A stretch of 64,000 bases of DNA from Spirochaetota bacterium (GTDB lineage: Bacteria > Spirochaetota > UBA4802 > JAKQUI01), in contig JAKQUI010000033.1 in the NCBI GenBank assembly GCA_029562645.1, positions 59,146 to 123,145 of the forward strand, given 5' to 3'. The position numbers were made by a program, and so were the translations under genes. This document shows positions 1 through 10,035 of the stretch, one piece after another; within the stretch, counting starts at the first letter, position 1; each line of letters opens with the position of its first letter. Under the pieces are notes generated by a model, which was given only the letters and a program-made list of their open reading frames with translations, made no database searches and was not told the origin of the DNA.

Positions 1-661
1 GGATCGGGTAGAGGATGTCCATGCGCGCGGGATCGACCAGCGCGGCGAATTCACCCCGCCGTTCGGGGGGTACCGGCACCGACGCGCGCTCGCGAAACTG
101 CGCCCGCGCCCGGGCGATCTCGGCCCGCCGGAGCCGCGCGGACTCGCTCTCCTTGAGCTCCATGTTCTGGAAGGAAAACGGGAGGATCCCGCGGCCATAG
201 CGCGCCAGACCGCCGGCGAAGACCTCGTCGTTGTTCACGATCACCTTGTCGAGCATCCCCCGCATCGCCTTCGCGCCCGTCCGGGACTTGAGCGCCTTCA
301 TGACCCCGGCGTCGACCGTGACCGGCGACTCGTTGGGGAATTCGATATCGAAGGCCGTGAGCCGCGATCCCGCCGACCGCATCACATCGAGGCCCCTCGT
401 GTAGACGTTCCGCGGCCAGGGGAACTTCCCGATCTGCTCGATGCTGTTGTCCTCCATGTCCACGAAGGTGAGGTGCTCCCACTGCGGCGTCGACGGCTTG
501 ATCCGGAAACGGATATCATACAACGTGAGCTCGAGGTGCTCGTAGGGCCTCGAGAACGAGAAGGCGAACACCAGCGCGAACATCGCCAGCGCGACCCCCG
601 CCGCGCCGAGCCGGCTCTTCTCGACGGCGCTCCAGAGGGGGGCCAGTTTTTTCAGGAGCAT
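1..661 (-). CDS. CHASE2 sensor domain protein, N-terminal part; the gene continues beyond the window start
   Basis: The minus-strand frame from the ATG at 661 reads MLLKKLAPLWSAVEKSRLGAAGVALAMFALVFAFSF...IEQIGKFPWPRNVYTRGLDVMRSAGSRLTAFDIEFPNESP, the usual CHASE2 opening. It is not in the supplied ORF track because it runs off the window edge. The listed ORFs here (15..200+, 51..482-, 473..730+) are alternative frames. Confidence 0.55.
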   Translation of the reverse strand, partial: MLLKKLAPLWSAVEKSRLGAAGVALAMFALVFAFSFSRPYEHLELTLYDIRFRIKPSTPQWEHLTFVDMEDNSIEQIGKFPWPRNVYTRGLDVMRSAGSRLTAFDIEFPNESPVTVDAGVMKALKSRTGAKAMRGMLDKVIVNNDEVFAGGLARYGRGILPFSFQNMELKESESARLRRAEIARARAQFRERASVPVPPERRGEFAALVDPARMDILYPI

Positions 662-766
662 TTCACGAACGGCGGAGATGGACGATATCATATTGAAAAC
701 CCCGATGGGAAGATGGCGGCATGGCAGTGACGGCCACGCCGGACGGGCGAAACCGCATGCGCGAAA

Positions 767-2155
767 CTAGAAGATGAAGTTGCAGCCGCCCTGGATAAAC
801 TGCCGGTTCTTCTCGCCCTCCACGTAGGCCTTGCCGGGAAAGAACATGGCGTAATTCACGAAGATCGAGAGATCGTAGAAGATGCGCCAGCGGAAGCTCG
901 CGTCGGCGCCGTGGCCGACCTCGGTCTCCTCAAGCGGCGCCTCGTTGTAGTTGATGACGCCCTTCGGCTTGTCCTTCATGTAATAGGAATATTTCGCCGT
1001 GACGTTCATGCGCCGCAGGAAGCGCGACTCGGACCAGGAAAACGGCGACAGAGAGAAACCGCCGCGCGCGATATGGAGATTGGACAGAAGCGGCCGGAGG
1101 GCGTAGCCGCCGAGAAATGTCCCGAAGTAGATGAAGCCGTTGTCCTCGCCCGCCTGATTGGCCGTGGGCGATGCGCAATCGTACCGGTCCTCGTCGCCCG
1201 AACCGTAGGCGTACTGGACCATGAATACCGGCTCGAGCGGCAGCGGCAGATACCAGTTGACCCCGGCCTGCGCCGCGGCCGCGTTCACGTTCCGCTTCTC
1301 GTTTTTCCCTTTCAGATAGCTTTCGCCGCTCTCATATACGAACTCGCCGAAGTATTCGACCGAGTCGGTGATCACGCCCTTGAGGCCGATCCCGTAATAC
1401 TGCGAATTATAGCGGCTCCGGATGAATTGCTGGCGCCCGTTGTCGAGCTGCGCCATCGCGAACAGATACAGGGTCTGGTTCCACAGCGTTCGCTGGACCA
1501 TGCTTCCCGCGAAATACCGCCGGGCGCCCACCGCGATGTCCTCGTCGCTGAGACCGTAGGGATTGAAGTCCTTCTGCAGCAGTCCCGTATACATGCCGAA
1601 CACGCGCACGTCCGCCACGCTGGTATTGAGGTCGACCTGGATGCCGTCGCCGCGCCCGTTGAGCGCAAGGCCGCTCCCAAGGATGAAGAACTTCCGGCCC
1701 GCGTACACCTGCAGCATGTTGTCGTCGGTGGACACGGCGAGATAGCCCACGTCGAGGTCGACCTTGTTTTCGTTTAGTTTAATTCCGTCTGAACCGCCGG
1801 CCTCGCGGATACCGATCCCATCATGCTTGAGGATATGATAGTACTGGTCCTTCCCGCGGACATAGACATAGCTCTTACCCCAGAGCGTGCTCTTGATCCA
1901 TAGCTTTGCGGTGTTCACCGACGTCGTGAGGACCTGATCATTCCGTCGCTCGTCGATGACCATGGGCATGAGCCAACCGCCGTAGCTTATCGAGAACGGC
2001 TCGCGCGTGAACCGCTGCGCGCGCATGTCCTCGTCCGACCGGAAATCGGGATAAAACGAATCGTCACGGTCGGCGTTCTCGGACCGTTGTGCGTACGCGC
2101 CGGACGCGAGCGCCATGCACACACACCATAGTATTGCCACTCTTCGGAGGTTCAT
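767..2155 (-). CDS. outer-membrane beta-barrel protein of unknown family
   Basis: 462 aa. N-terminal signal peptide MNLRRVAILWCVCMALASGAYAQ. Alternating amphipathic pattern throughout and a C-terminal ...CNFIF (terminal Phe). Confidence 0.5.
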   Translation of the reverse strand: MNLRRVAILWCVCMALASGAYAQRSENADRDDSFYPDFRSDEDMRAQRFTREPFSISYGGWLMPMVIDERRNDQVLTTSVNTAKLWIKSTLWGKSYVYVRGKDQYYHILKHDGIGIREAGGSDGIKLNENKVDLDVGYLAVSTDDNMLQVYAGRKFFILGSGLALNGRGDGIQVDLNTSVADVRVFGMYTGLLQKDFNPYGLSDEDIAVGARRYFAGSMVQRTLWNQTLYLFAMAQLDNGRQQFIRSRYNSQYYGIGLKGVITDSVEYFGEFVYESGESYLKGKNEKRNVNAAAAQAGVNWYLPLPLEPVFMVQYAYGSGDEDRYDCASPTANQAGEDNGFIYFGTFLGGYALRPLLSNLHIARGGFSLSPFSWSESRFLRRMNVTAKYSYYMKDKPKGVINYNEAPLEETEVGHGADASFRWRIFYDLSIFVNYAMFFPGKAYVEGEKNRQFIQGGCNFIF

Positions 2156-2200
2156 GTCCCTGCGTGCTCCTTGCTGCTGTTTGCGATACGTTCGTGCTCT

Positions 2201-2701
2201 CTATTTCGATTCGGCGCGGCGCGAGACCCGGTTCATCACCTCGATGAGCTCGGCGCCGCTCATGCGGTCCCACTCGCTCCCGGCGTAGTCCATGATGCCG
2301 TTGGCGACGCAGGCCCGAAAGGCATAGCGTTTCGTCTTGAAGATCGCGTACATCGCGAGATCACCGAGCTTCAGGTACTCGGCCGCCATGAGCGCCACGT
2401 CGCCCTTTCGCACCGGATCATTCTCGCCCATCCCCAGCTCCGCATCGATGCCGGCGGTTTTGAGCGCCGCCTTGTTCTCGTCGAAGGTCCCCGGCTCGCG
2501 TCCGATGACCATAACGAAAAAATTGAGGGCGTCGCCGCAGGTGACCCGGTCGCGCGAGGACACCTGCGCGATGAACTCGATTATACCGAGCCCCTGCTCG
2601 CCGGGGTTCCTGCTTTTATAAATCTTCACCGACGCGCCGTCCTGCGCCAGGACCGGCAGCGACAGCATGATGATGCACACGGCTGCGAACAATCGTTTCA
2701 T
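2201..2701 (-). CDS. secreted hypothetical protein
   Basis: 166 aa. Signal peptide MKRLFAAVCIIMLSLPVLAQ. No recognisable catalytic motif. Confidence 0.4.
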   Translation of the reverse strand: MKRLFAAVCIIMLSLPVLAQDGASVKIYKSRNPGEQGLGIIEFIAQVSSRDRVTCGDALNFFVMVIGREPGTFDENKAALKTAGIDAELGMGENDPVRKGDVALMAAEYLKLGDLAMYAIFKTKRYAFRACVANGIMDYAGSEWDRMSGAELIEVMNRVSRRAESK

Positions 2702-2711
2702 CGCGATTCCC

Positions 2712-3449
2712 TCAGTACGGCCAGATGATCCTGATTTTGAGTGTCGCCTTCTGCTTGTTCATGATGGTCGAAAAGCGATCGGGACGATCGCCGTTGTCCA
2801 GGTAATCGTCGAAATACTCGTGCAGCTGCTTCTCCTCGTCGGTGATGTCGTCGGCGTGCACGCGGACCAGCGCGCCGTCGCGCACATCGGAGAGGATATT
2901 GTCGGGAAGCGAGCGATCGGGCCGTTGTCGGTAGTTCTTCTTTCCGCGCAGACTGCGTTCGCTCCCGTTCCGGTTCTCGGCGTCCACCGTCCCCTCGGGG
3001 ACGCGGATGGTCATGCCGGACATGCCCCCGAAGAAGACCTCCTGTTCCGTACCGCGCACGCTGGAGGTCGCGACCGGCGTCTGGATCTTGAACACCGACT
3101 TGACGGTCTTGAGCTTCGGGACCTTCGCGTTCACGCCGCCGTACTTCAGGGCGATCTTCGTATCGGACGCGTCTTTGGAGACGGCATTGCGCGAGATCTT
3201 TATCATGGTGAGCGGGCGGACGGTGAGCGTCGCGCCGTCAATGGATATCTCGGCGGTCGACCGCGCCCCGGTGCTTACCTTGGTCCCCTCGCGGAGCGTC
3301 ATCCCCCGCGTGAGCGGGCGCCACTGCCGGTCCGCCTTGAAGGCGACCGTGCCGCTTACGGAGGCCACCTTGATATCGGCGTGCGCGGCGGCTACGAACG
3401 CAAGCGCCATGCACACGGCGATACACGATATAAACGATGATTTTCTCAT
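2712..3449 (-). CDS. FecR-domain secreted protein
   Basis: Internal start MRKSSFISCIAVCMALAFVAAAHA (signal peptide) chosen over the longer ORF to 3509. FecR-like core ...GTVAFKADRQWRPLTRGMTLREGTKVSTGARSTAEISIDGATL. Confidence 0.5.
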   Translation of the reverse strand: MRKSSFISCIAVCMALAFVAAAHADIKVASVSGTVAFKADRQWRPLTRGMTLREGTKVSTGARSTAEISIDGATLTVRPLTMIKISRNAVSKDASDTKIALKYGGVNAKVPKLKTVKSVFKIQTPVATSSVRGTEQEVFFGGMSGMTIRVPEGTVDAENRNGSERSLRGKKNYRQRPDRSLPDNILSDVRDGALVRVHADDITDEEKQLHEYFDDYLDNGDRPDRFSTIMNKQKATLKIRIIWPY

Positions 3450-3565
3450 GGCGTAAACCTCCCGGAAGCAGCCGCGCCTCCATTCAACGTATGTATGATG
3501 GCTGCACAATTCAATTCTTTACAATCAAAAAAATAAAATTTCCCCATTGGGCTTTACCAAAAAAG

Positions 3566-5410
3566 TCATCGTGGGCTTTTTGTTTTCGAATATATGCCTT
3601 TATACAACAGCACCCGGGCCTGTGGCGATCGTTCGATATCGAGGCATTTCGCAAGCGTCTCTTTCACATCGGGATACCGTTCGCGGTTCTTCACCAGGTA
3701 CTGGTACATGACATGGCGCGTGCTGTCGTCGGTTTCACGAAGCGTCTGCCGGCTCATGGATTTCATCGTATCGGCCGTGGCGGGCCGATTGAGCATGCTT
3801 CCCACGACCGCCTGCTTCACCTGCGGGTTCTCCTCTTTCGAGAGCATCTTCGAGAGCGCATTGAGCGAACCCTCGTCGTCCATGTTGCGCAGCGCATATG
3901 CGGCGGCGGAACGAATCTCGGGGCTGTCGGAACCGAGATAGCCCACAACCGCATCCGAGAGCGAGCTGTCGCGCGTATTTCCGATCGCCTGGAGCGCAAG
4001 CGACGCCTCCTTCGTGTCGATCGCGTTTTTCGCCATATCGACGAGACGGGCATTTATCTCCGACGAGACCTTGTCGTCAATATCGCGCTGAACCGCCGAG
4101 AGGCCTCCCAGCGCGAGCAATGTCGTGTTCGCCAGTTCCGCGCTCTCCCGATCGCCGCGGATGGCCGCGGTGCGCCAGAGCTCGTCAATCGTTCCCGCTG
4201 CGGGATGCACGACGCTCCCCAGCTCCGAAACCGCCCGCATCCGGTTCATGGTGTCGTGTATCGGGTTGTTCATGATGCCGATGAGGGCCTGCTGCGCCTG
4301 CGGCGTTCCGGCCAGTCCAAGCGCATGTATGATCGCGGCGGATCGGCTCGAGCTTATCCCGCCCCGCTGGAGCAGGTCCGGAATCTTCAAAGCGTCATCC
4401 GGTTTCATGAGGAGATAATCGCGCAATAGTTGTATCGCGCTAAACGGTATTTTCTTTTCGCCGGCGACCCCGGCCAGCACCTTGTCAAGCGTCACACCGC
4501 CCATCTGTCGATCGAGCGCGGCAAGACGCATTTCCGTGCGCAGAGAGACTGGGTTCTTCGATCCGGCGCCAAGCGCGCGCTTCACCGAAGCAGAATCGCT
4601 CAACGACCATATGCGCGCCCCGGGGTCCGGCTCGAAGGGAACGCGGGCGACATCCAACTCTATCCCGGTGCTCACCTGCACCGACTTGGTCTGCGGCTCC
4701 GAAATCTCCAACTGCTCCCGTCCGCGCAGATAGGTGAACCAGCTCCCCTCACGGTCGACCTGGAACCGGAACGCCGAGCGCGCGACACGAATCGCGACAT
4801 CCCTCCCGTGGCGAGTGCGCGTTTTCGGTTTGCGCACGTATGCGATCTTCCGTTTCAGGATATTGGTTTTCGATTCTTTATACCGCGACTCGAAGGCCCC
4901 ATTCTCGTCCTCGCCGGACTCCTTCCATGTGCTCAAGATCGTTCCCGGAACCGCAACCTCGAGGGCGCGGACAAGGTTTGCGACCATCTTTTCGTCTTCC
5001 TCGGAGATGGAATTGTCGAACATGAGTTTTTTCATTTTCCCCGACCGATCGAACGTCACCATGAAAACCATGGAGAAAAGCCGCTCCATGTTCGGATCGT
5101 TCTTTTCGCCCATCACCACGCTCACGGGGTGCAACTGCATGACCGCGCTCACCGCACCCTCCTCGGCGGAGAGGACCTTCATGTTCAACGTCCCCGATAT
5201 GCCCTGCGAGAAGCTCCCGAACATGCCCGTGAGAAGGTTCCTGGTCACCACGTGCGTATTCATCTCGAACGAATACATGTGACGGTCGCCGGCACGCCAT
5301 TGGAATCTCGTTCGCGGCAGCGCGATAAAGACGATAATCGCCAACCCCGCGAGGACGCCGATTCCAATCAAGATCGTTGAACGCCGAACGGATGGTATTT
5401 TCATATTCAC
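3566..5410 (-). CDS. membrane-anchored HEAT / PBS-lyase repeat protein
   Basis: 614 aa. N-terminal transmembrane helix (ILIGIGVLAGLAIIVFIAL). C-terminal repeated alpha-helical units of the form SPEIRSAAAYALRNMDDEGSLNALSKMLSKEENPQVKQAVVGSML. Confidence 0.5.
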   Translation of the reverse strand: MNMKIPSVRRSTILIGIGVLAGLAIIVFIALPRTRFQWRAGDRHMYSFEMNTHVVTRNLLTGMFGSFSQGISGTLNMKVLSAEEGAVSAVMQLHPVSVVMGEKNDPNMERLFSMVFMVTFDRSGKMKKLMFDNSISEEDEKMVANLVRALEVAVPGTILSTWKESGEDENGAFESRYKESKTNILKRKIAYVRKPKTRTRHGRDVAIRVARSAFRFQVDREGSWFTYLRGREQLEISEPQTKSVQVSTGIELDVARVPFEPDPGARIWSLSDSASVKRALGAGSKNPVSLRTEMRLAALDRQMGGVTLDKVLAGVAGEKKIPFSAIQLLRDYLLMKPDDALKIPDLLQRGGISSSRSAAIIHALGLAGTPQAQQALIGIMNNPIHDTMNRMRAVSELGSVVHPAAGTIDELWRTAAIRGDRESAELANTTLLALGGLSAVQRDIDDKVSSEINARLVDMAKNAIDTKEASLALQAIGNTRDSSLSDAVVGYLGSDSPEIRSAAAYALRNMDDEGSLNALSKMLSKEENPQVKQAVVGSMLNRPATADTMKSMSRQTLRETDDSTRHVMYQYLVKNRERYPDVKETLAKCLDIERSPQARVLLYKGIYSKTKSPR

Positions 5411-5525
5411 AGCTCCTGAGGTATTCCCAAAAAAAGACAGGCCATAAACAATGTTTACAGCCTGCCTTCGATTCGTCGTTTCTACCGATTACCGATACGC
5501 GTTACATGCGGTAGTCGCGCTCAAC

Positions 5526-7829
5526 TCAGCCTTCGGAACCCTCGCCATCGCCAGGGACCTCGACCGGCGGTTCGGCATCGTCACCGTCTCCGGTTTCGGG
5601 CGGCAGCTCCGGATCGGGTTCAGGCAGCACCGGCATCGGGAACTTGCCGAGAATGATCGTCTTGCTCTGCTCGGCCGAGAAGAGCGTCTTGTCGACCACG
5701 AATGCAGGGCCGAACCGGACCAGCGGCTTGGTCGCCTTCTTGATGTCGATGCCGCACGGGAACTTGATCGTCCAACACTTCCATGCGCAAATTCTCTTTC
5801 TGCACCACTCGATGGTCGGGTACTTGGCGTACAGCGATATCACCCCGTTGGGGCCAACCAGGTGCAGTCTGATCTGCTCCTTGAATCGCGCGTCGATGAG
5901 GAGCGCAATCTGCTTCGTTTCCGCATCCTGATGCACCGTAAAGCCCGGATTGAACCAACCAAGCACCGGCATGCTCGCGGTAATGAGGTCGACCTTGCCT
6001 TCGACACCGGCGCTGAATCCCGGAACGCCCACACCGGCGCTCGCATACGCGCCGATCTTGGCGTACGGGATGACGCCCGCGCGCATGTTGTGTCCCACGA
6101 AGATGAACGTATTGACGCCGATCTCGCCATAAATGCCGGCCTCGACAGTGACCGGGACGGGACCGATCCAAACGGTCTGCTCGATCGAATACGACTTGGA
6201 GTAGCTCAACGCGCTGGGCGAGAGGTTTGTTCCGAAGGAATTGCTCGGAATGCCCGGATCGAAGTCGATCTCAGGATCGACGTCGAAGCTTATCGACGGA
6301 ATATTGATGAAGTCAGCGGGCGCCGTCGCACCGAGATCGCCCATGCCCCACTTGAACGGACCGTTCGAATTGAAGGAATACAGGGAATTCCCAAAAAATT
6401 CGAACTTGAAGTTCATGCCGGTCGTATACCGAGGCCCGTACCCTTCCAGCATCTCGAAGCCGTCGAAGAAACCGCTCGGATAAGTACCCGCGTCGAAGAA
6501 ACTATACGACGCGCGCGCTTCAGCATACATGAAATTTCCGAGGTACCGGAACACCCACACCGGAACGCTGCAGCTGGCCTTCGCGTCAATCCCCGACGGA
6601 TCGATCTGGAAGTACGAGTTCAGATGAAGGCCGGTCCCGAAGGTCCCGATATTGTCGAAAATGAAATTTTGCCCCCAGCCCCACTCGTAGCGGATCTTCG
6701 GGTCGATCATGAGGACCGAAAGGTCGGGAACGAGCGACAATCCGAGCGTCTTCGTATTGTTGTGCGTAAACGGCTCGTAGGTTTCAAGCGCGCTCGATAC
6801 GCGTGCGACAATCCGAAGATTGAACACCTCTTGCATCGACTGGGAGGTCACATAGGTCAGAAGCGCCCCGAGAGCGTCATCCGTGCACTTGAGGGCAACG
6901 TTGATGTTTTTCTTCTCGTACTTGTCGAGCGTCCCCACCGGGAGCGTCGCGGCATACTGCTGCGTGGCGCTATTGAAGGCGACCAGATCGCACAGCTTGT
7001 CGCCGCTGACCGTGGTTATCTCGAAACGCAGGGTCGCGTCGTTTGTTATCATGTTGCCGTAGGCGCTCACATCGACGCGGGCCTTGATGCTGTTTGAGAG
7101 CTGGTTCGTTTTCGCGTTATTGGCAAAAAGAACGAACACGTCGCTGCCATTGTCGAGGACGACATCATCAATGACGATGTCGAGCGAATTGAAGGCGCTG
7201 CTGTCCATGCAGGCCATCACGGTGGAGTTGTTGGCCTCGTTGGTAAGAGCGGCGGCGGCCTCCTCGTCGTCCATGGCGTCCTCGACATCGCGCTCGTGAA
7301 CGTGACCGAGTACATAGTACTCGCCATTGGCCGGGAGCTCCGGAATGTTCATCTGGACGGTGTAATCGTTCACGCCCGGCGTGACGTCCTTGATCTGGTA
7401 CAGGCCCACATAGTATTGCTCGGGCGCGGGAACGGGCGTCTCGGAATCGCCAACGCCATCGCCGTCCGTCTGCTCGATGTATTCATCGTACTGGTCTTTT
7501 TTTACGATATAGAGGCTGACCGGGAGCGATGAAATAATGTGCCGTTCTTCGGAATTGAGCGTAAGTACCACTTCGCCATAATGGCCGGTAAAGAGACAGT
7601 TCTGATCGCTCGCGCGACCACGCACGGCCATCTTTTCGACACGCACATTGTCGTATTCGATCTCATAGGCGCCGGCATTGCCGAGACTGGCGGAACCATA
7701 GGGAACTCCCGATGCGCCGCCACCGGCGCTCTCGTTATTCGCCGCCCCGGAACAACCGATGTACAGCAATGGAATAACGCACGACAGGAAAATGGACAAA
7801 AGAATGGATGTGCGCTTGATGGAGTGCAT
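5526..7829 (-). CDS. large lipoprotein of unknown function
   Basis: 767 aa. Signal plus lipobox (VIPLLYIGCSG). Acidic Pro/Glu-rich C-terminal tail. No known domain recognised by eye. Confidence 0.5.
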   Translation of the reverse strand: MHSIKRTSILLSIFLSCVIPLLYIGCSGAANNESAGGGASGVPYGSASLGNAGAYEIEYDNVRVEKMAVRGRASDQNCLFTGHYGEVVLTLNSEERHIISSLPVSLYIVKKDQYDEYIEQTDGDGVGDSETPVPAPEQYYVGLYQIKDVTPGVNDYTVQMNIPELPANGEYYVLGHVHERDVEDAMDDEEAAAALTNEANNSTVMACMDSSAFNSLDIVIDDVVLDNGSDVFVLFANNAKTNQLSNSIKARVDVSAYGNMITNDATLRFEITTVSGDKLCDLVAFNSATQQYAATLPVGTLDKYEKKNINVALKCTDDALGALLTYVTSQSMQEVFNLRIVARVSSALETYEPFTHNNTKTLGLSLVPDLSVLMIDPKIRYEWGWGQNFIFDNIGTFGTGLHLNSYFQIDPSGIDAKASCSVPVWVFRYLGNFMYAEARASYSFFDAGTYPSGFFDGFEMLEGYGPRYTTGMNFKFEFFGNSLYSFNSNGPFKWGMGDLGATAPADFINIPSISFDVDPEIDFDPGIPSNSFGTNLSPSALSYSKSYSIEQTVWIGPVPVTVEAGIYGEIGVNTFIFVGHNMRAGVIPYAKIGAYASAGVGVPGFSAGVEGKVDLITASMPVLGWFNPGFTVHQDAETKQIALLIDARFKEQIRLHLVGPNGVISLYAKYPTIEWCRKRICAWKCWTIKFPCGIDIKKATKPLVRFGPAFVVDKTLFSAEQSKTIILGKFPMPVLPEPDPELPPETGDGDDAEPPVEVPGDGEGSEG

Positions 7830-8098
7830 TCTCTATTTCCCCCTACATATCTTGAATAATGTTGTATGCTATTATATGTATATTTCCTGACCAGTTGGCC
7901 AGATAATTGCCGAAAACACTACCCGCAATAGCCATCAATGTCAATAAAAAAATTTACTTTGCCATTAAAAAAGTTCATACTTGACCAAACGATGAATATT
8001 GTAAAAAAATATTGAAAAATAGCGGGATGATATCATATCTGTTTCATAAAAACACCTACGCCATTCGACATATCAACCATATCCGGAAATGAGGGAAT
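7830..8098. promoter_or_regulatory. AT-rich divergent intergenic region, the likely promoters for 5526..7829(-) and 8099..8815(+)
   Basis: A 269-bp stretch that is clearly AT-rich in a window that is otherwise about 65% GC. It lies between two divergently oriented genes. Confidence 0.35.
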
Positions 8099-8815
8099 AT
8101 GAAACACCGTAAGTCGATGCTCATCGATAAAAGGTTCCAATTACGGACCGCGTTCACCATCATCGGGATCGTCATCCTCGCCTGCTCGATCATCATCGCC
8201 GCGATCGGCGTGATCGCCGCGATCAACAATCGCACCCTGCGGGACGTCGCGCGCAACCAGCAGGAAATCATCGCCACGCAAAGCGAAATGCTCAAGGCCC
8301 TCAACGTGTTCGCGCAGGAGAAGACCTGGCAGAACCTGCGGATCGCCACCGACAAGGTCTCCGGCGACCTGAACCGCAACGCCGGCAAGATCGAGGTGAA
8401 CAACGCCCTCATCAAAAACATCTCCGAGACCAACACCGTCCTCATTGCGGCCATCATCCTGTTCGTGATCGTGCAGGGGGTGGCGCTGTTCGTCATCATA
8501 CTCCGCAAGACGCACCGCATCTCCGGGCCGCTGTACCTGCTGTCGATGTACACGCAGAAGATCATCGACGGAGAGCATCCGCACATCAGGCCGCTGCGCG
8601 AAAACGACGAGTTCCAGGAATACTACGAGCTCTTCACCCGCATGGCGAAGGCGATCAAGGAACGCGATGAGGCGCACGGAAAGAAACATGCCGCGAAAAA
8701 ACGGACGCCGCGCAAGACGACCGCACGCGAGGAGCACGCCGGATCAGGCGAGGCGGAAGATGCGGGAACGCCGGCGCCAGAGGAACCGACGGATACGCCT
8801 AAAACAGATATCTAG
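8099..8815 (+). CDS. two-transmembrane protein with a HAMP-like linker
   Basis: 238 aa. TM1 AFTIIGIVILACSIIIAAIGVIAAI, a periplasmic loop, then TM2 VLIAAIILFVIVQGVALFVIIL followed by RKTHRISGPLYLLSMYTQKIIDG (R-x-I-x-x-P-L, HAMP-like). Lys/Glu-rich tail with no output domain. Confidence 0.45.
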   Translation: MKHRKSMLIDKRFQLRTAFTIIGIVILACSIIIAAIGVIAAINNRTLRDVARNQQEIIATQSEMLKALNVFAQEKTWQNLRIATDKVSGDLNRNAGKIEVNNALIKNISETNTVLIAAIILFVIVQGVALFVIILRKTHRISGPLYLLSMYTQKIIDGEHPHIRPLRENDEFQEYYELFTRMAKAIKERDEAHGKKHAAKKRTPRKTTAREEHAGSGEAEDAGTPAPEEPTDTPKTDI

Positions 8816-9896
8816 CGCCCAGCCCCAGGCCCAGGAACTGCCCGGCGTTCGACTTTTGCTGGAAAAAGAGGCCGCAGAAGGGGCTAATGAAAATCGCGAG
8901 ATTCTCGAGGGGGAGCACGCCGATCTCGCATCCGGCGACGAAGGCCGGATCGAAGAGATAGCGCATGCGGTATGAATACCGCCCGGCGGCGTCGGCCCCG
9001 TTGGGATCGCCGTCGATCAGGTGCAGCATGCAGCCGAAACCGGCATGCGGGATCACGAACAACGGTCCATAGGGCGTAAAGCGGTATCCCGCGCCAAGGA
9101 TTGCGGACGACAGGGCGTAGGACCGGATGCTCGCACGGTCGTCGTCCATCACGAAGTACCCGAGGGAAACCATCGCGAGCGCACGTCGTCCCGGCAGGAG
9201 GCGCGCGTTCAGGCCCACAACGGCCCCATACCCGCCGCCTGCCATGTCCGCCATGATCCCGACCGGCCGCAGGAGCGCCAGCGTCAATGAGACGCCGTCG
9301 AGCTCGATCCCGAAGGCGCGCTCGCGTGCTCGGTCGGCCAGCAGCTTGCGATACAACTCGACGATCTCGCGGGCGATCCGTTCGGTTTTCGCGCGCGCCT
9401 CGGCGAGGGTCGGGGCCGTTTCCGTTCGACTCAGGTCAGCCGCGCCGGTCTTCACATCGATCGCTTTCACCTCAACGACGAAGGACTCGCGATACTGGTC
9501 CCTGACGACATACTCGCTCACTTGCTCCTCGCCGGTCTTTTCCGTATAACGCGTGAGACGACCCACGACTATCTTCTCCGACGAAAGAAACGCCCCCTGC
9601 GCGGCGGCGCAGTCCTCCGCGTCACACGCGGCCCGCCCGAACCCGGCGGCCCGCTGGACCTCGTAGACGACCGCATCGTCGGGGACGGCGAAATCACGCT
9701 CCGCCCTGAGCGCGCGACGGACGATACTCGCAAGCTGCGCGGCGCTGCCGGCATCGACGTTGCGCGGAACGAAGTCGAGCGCGGCGATGGCGAGCCGCGC
9801 GCTTGCGGGCTTTTCCGCCGCCGAGAGCGCGCTTGTGCACGCGATAAGCGCGATACCCACGAGGGCCGATCGCAGGAACATGCGAAAAACGAGCAT
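8799..9896 (-). CDS. two-domain outer-membrane protein, paralog A (periplasmic alpha/beta domain plus C-terminal beta-barrel)
   Basis: Start set at MLVFRMFLRSALVGIALIACTSALSAAEKP (signal peptide). The longer ORF to 10034 would overlap the SBBP gene on the other strand. Ends ...GLGLGARYLF. Clear paralog of 11417..12499: ...GIELDGV..., a shared C-terminal barrel and the same terminal (Y/R)Y(L/Q)F. Confidence 0.5.
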   Translation of the reverse strand: MLVFRMFLRSALVGIALIACTSALSAAEKPASARLAIAALDFVPRNVDAGSAAQLASIVRRALRAERDFAVPDDAVVYEVQRAAGFGRAACDAEDCAAAQGAFLSSEKIVVGRLTRYTEKTGEEQVSEYVVRDQYRESFVVEVKAIDVKTGAADLSRTETAPTLAEARAKTERIAREIVELYRKLLADRARERAFGIELDGVSLTLALLRPVGIMADMAGGGYGAVVGLNARLLPGRRALAMVSLGYFVMDDDRASIRSYALSSAILGAGYRFTPYGPLFVIPHAGFGCMLHLIDGDPNGADAAGRYSYRMRYLFDPAFVAGCEIGVLPLENLAIFISPFCGLFFQQKSNAGQFLGLGLGARYLF

Positions 9897-10035
9897 ACCC
9901 CGGGATGATTTTGTCTTGACTTTATTGTTCGGAGCCATTATTGGGCAAAAATTACAAATCGCCGGAATCATTGCAATCCATTTCCTCCGGGCTTGCAATA
10001 AAAATACAGTGTGCGACCGCCATCGAGCGGGCACT

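Noticed and set aside
15-730. Track ORFs 15..200+, 51..482- and 473..730+ at the left edge.
   Set aside because: A different minus-strand frame from the ATG at 661 gives a coherent CHASE2 N-terminal sequence that runs off the window. The listed ORFs are alternative frames of that gene.
8799-10034. The full 411-aa ORF as the outer-membrane paralog A, and the 9760 start for the SBBP gene.
   Set aside because: The long versions overlap each other on opposite strands by about 275 bp. Internal starts at 9896 (signal peptide MLVFRM...) and 10036 (lipobox MIGQL...LCAIAAC) give proper export signals and remove the overlap.
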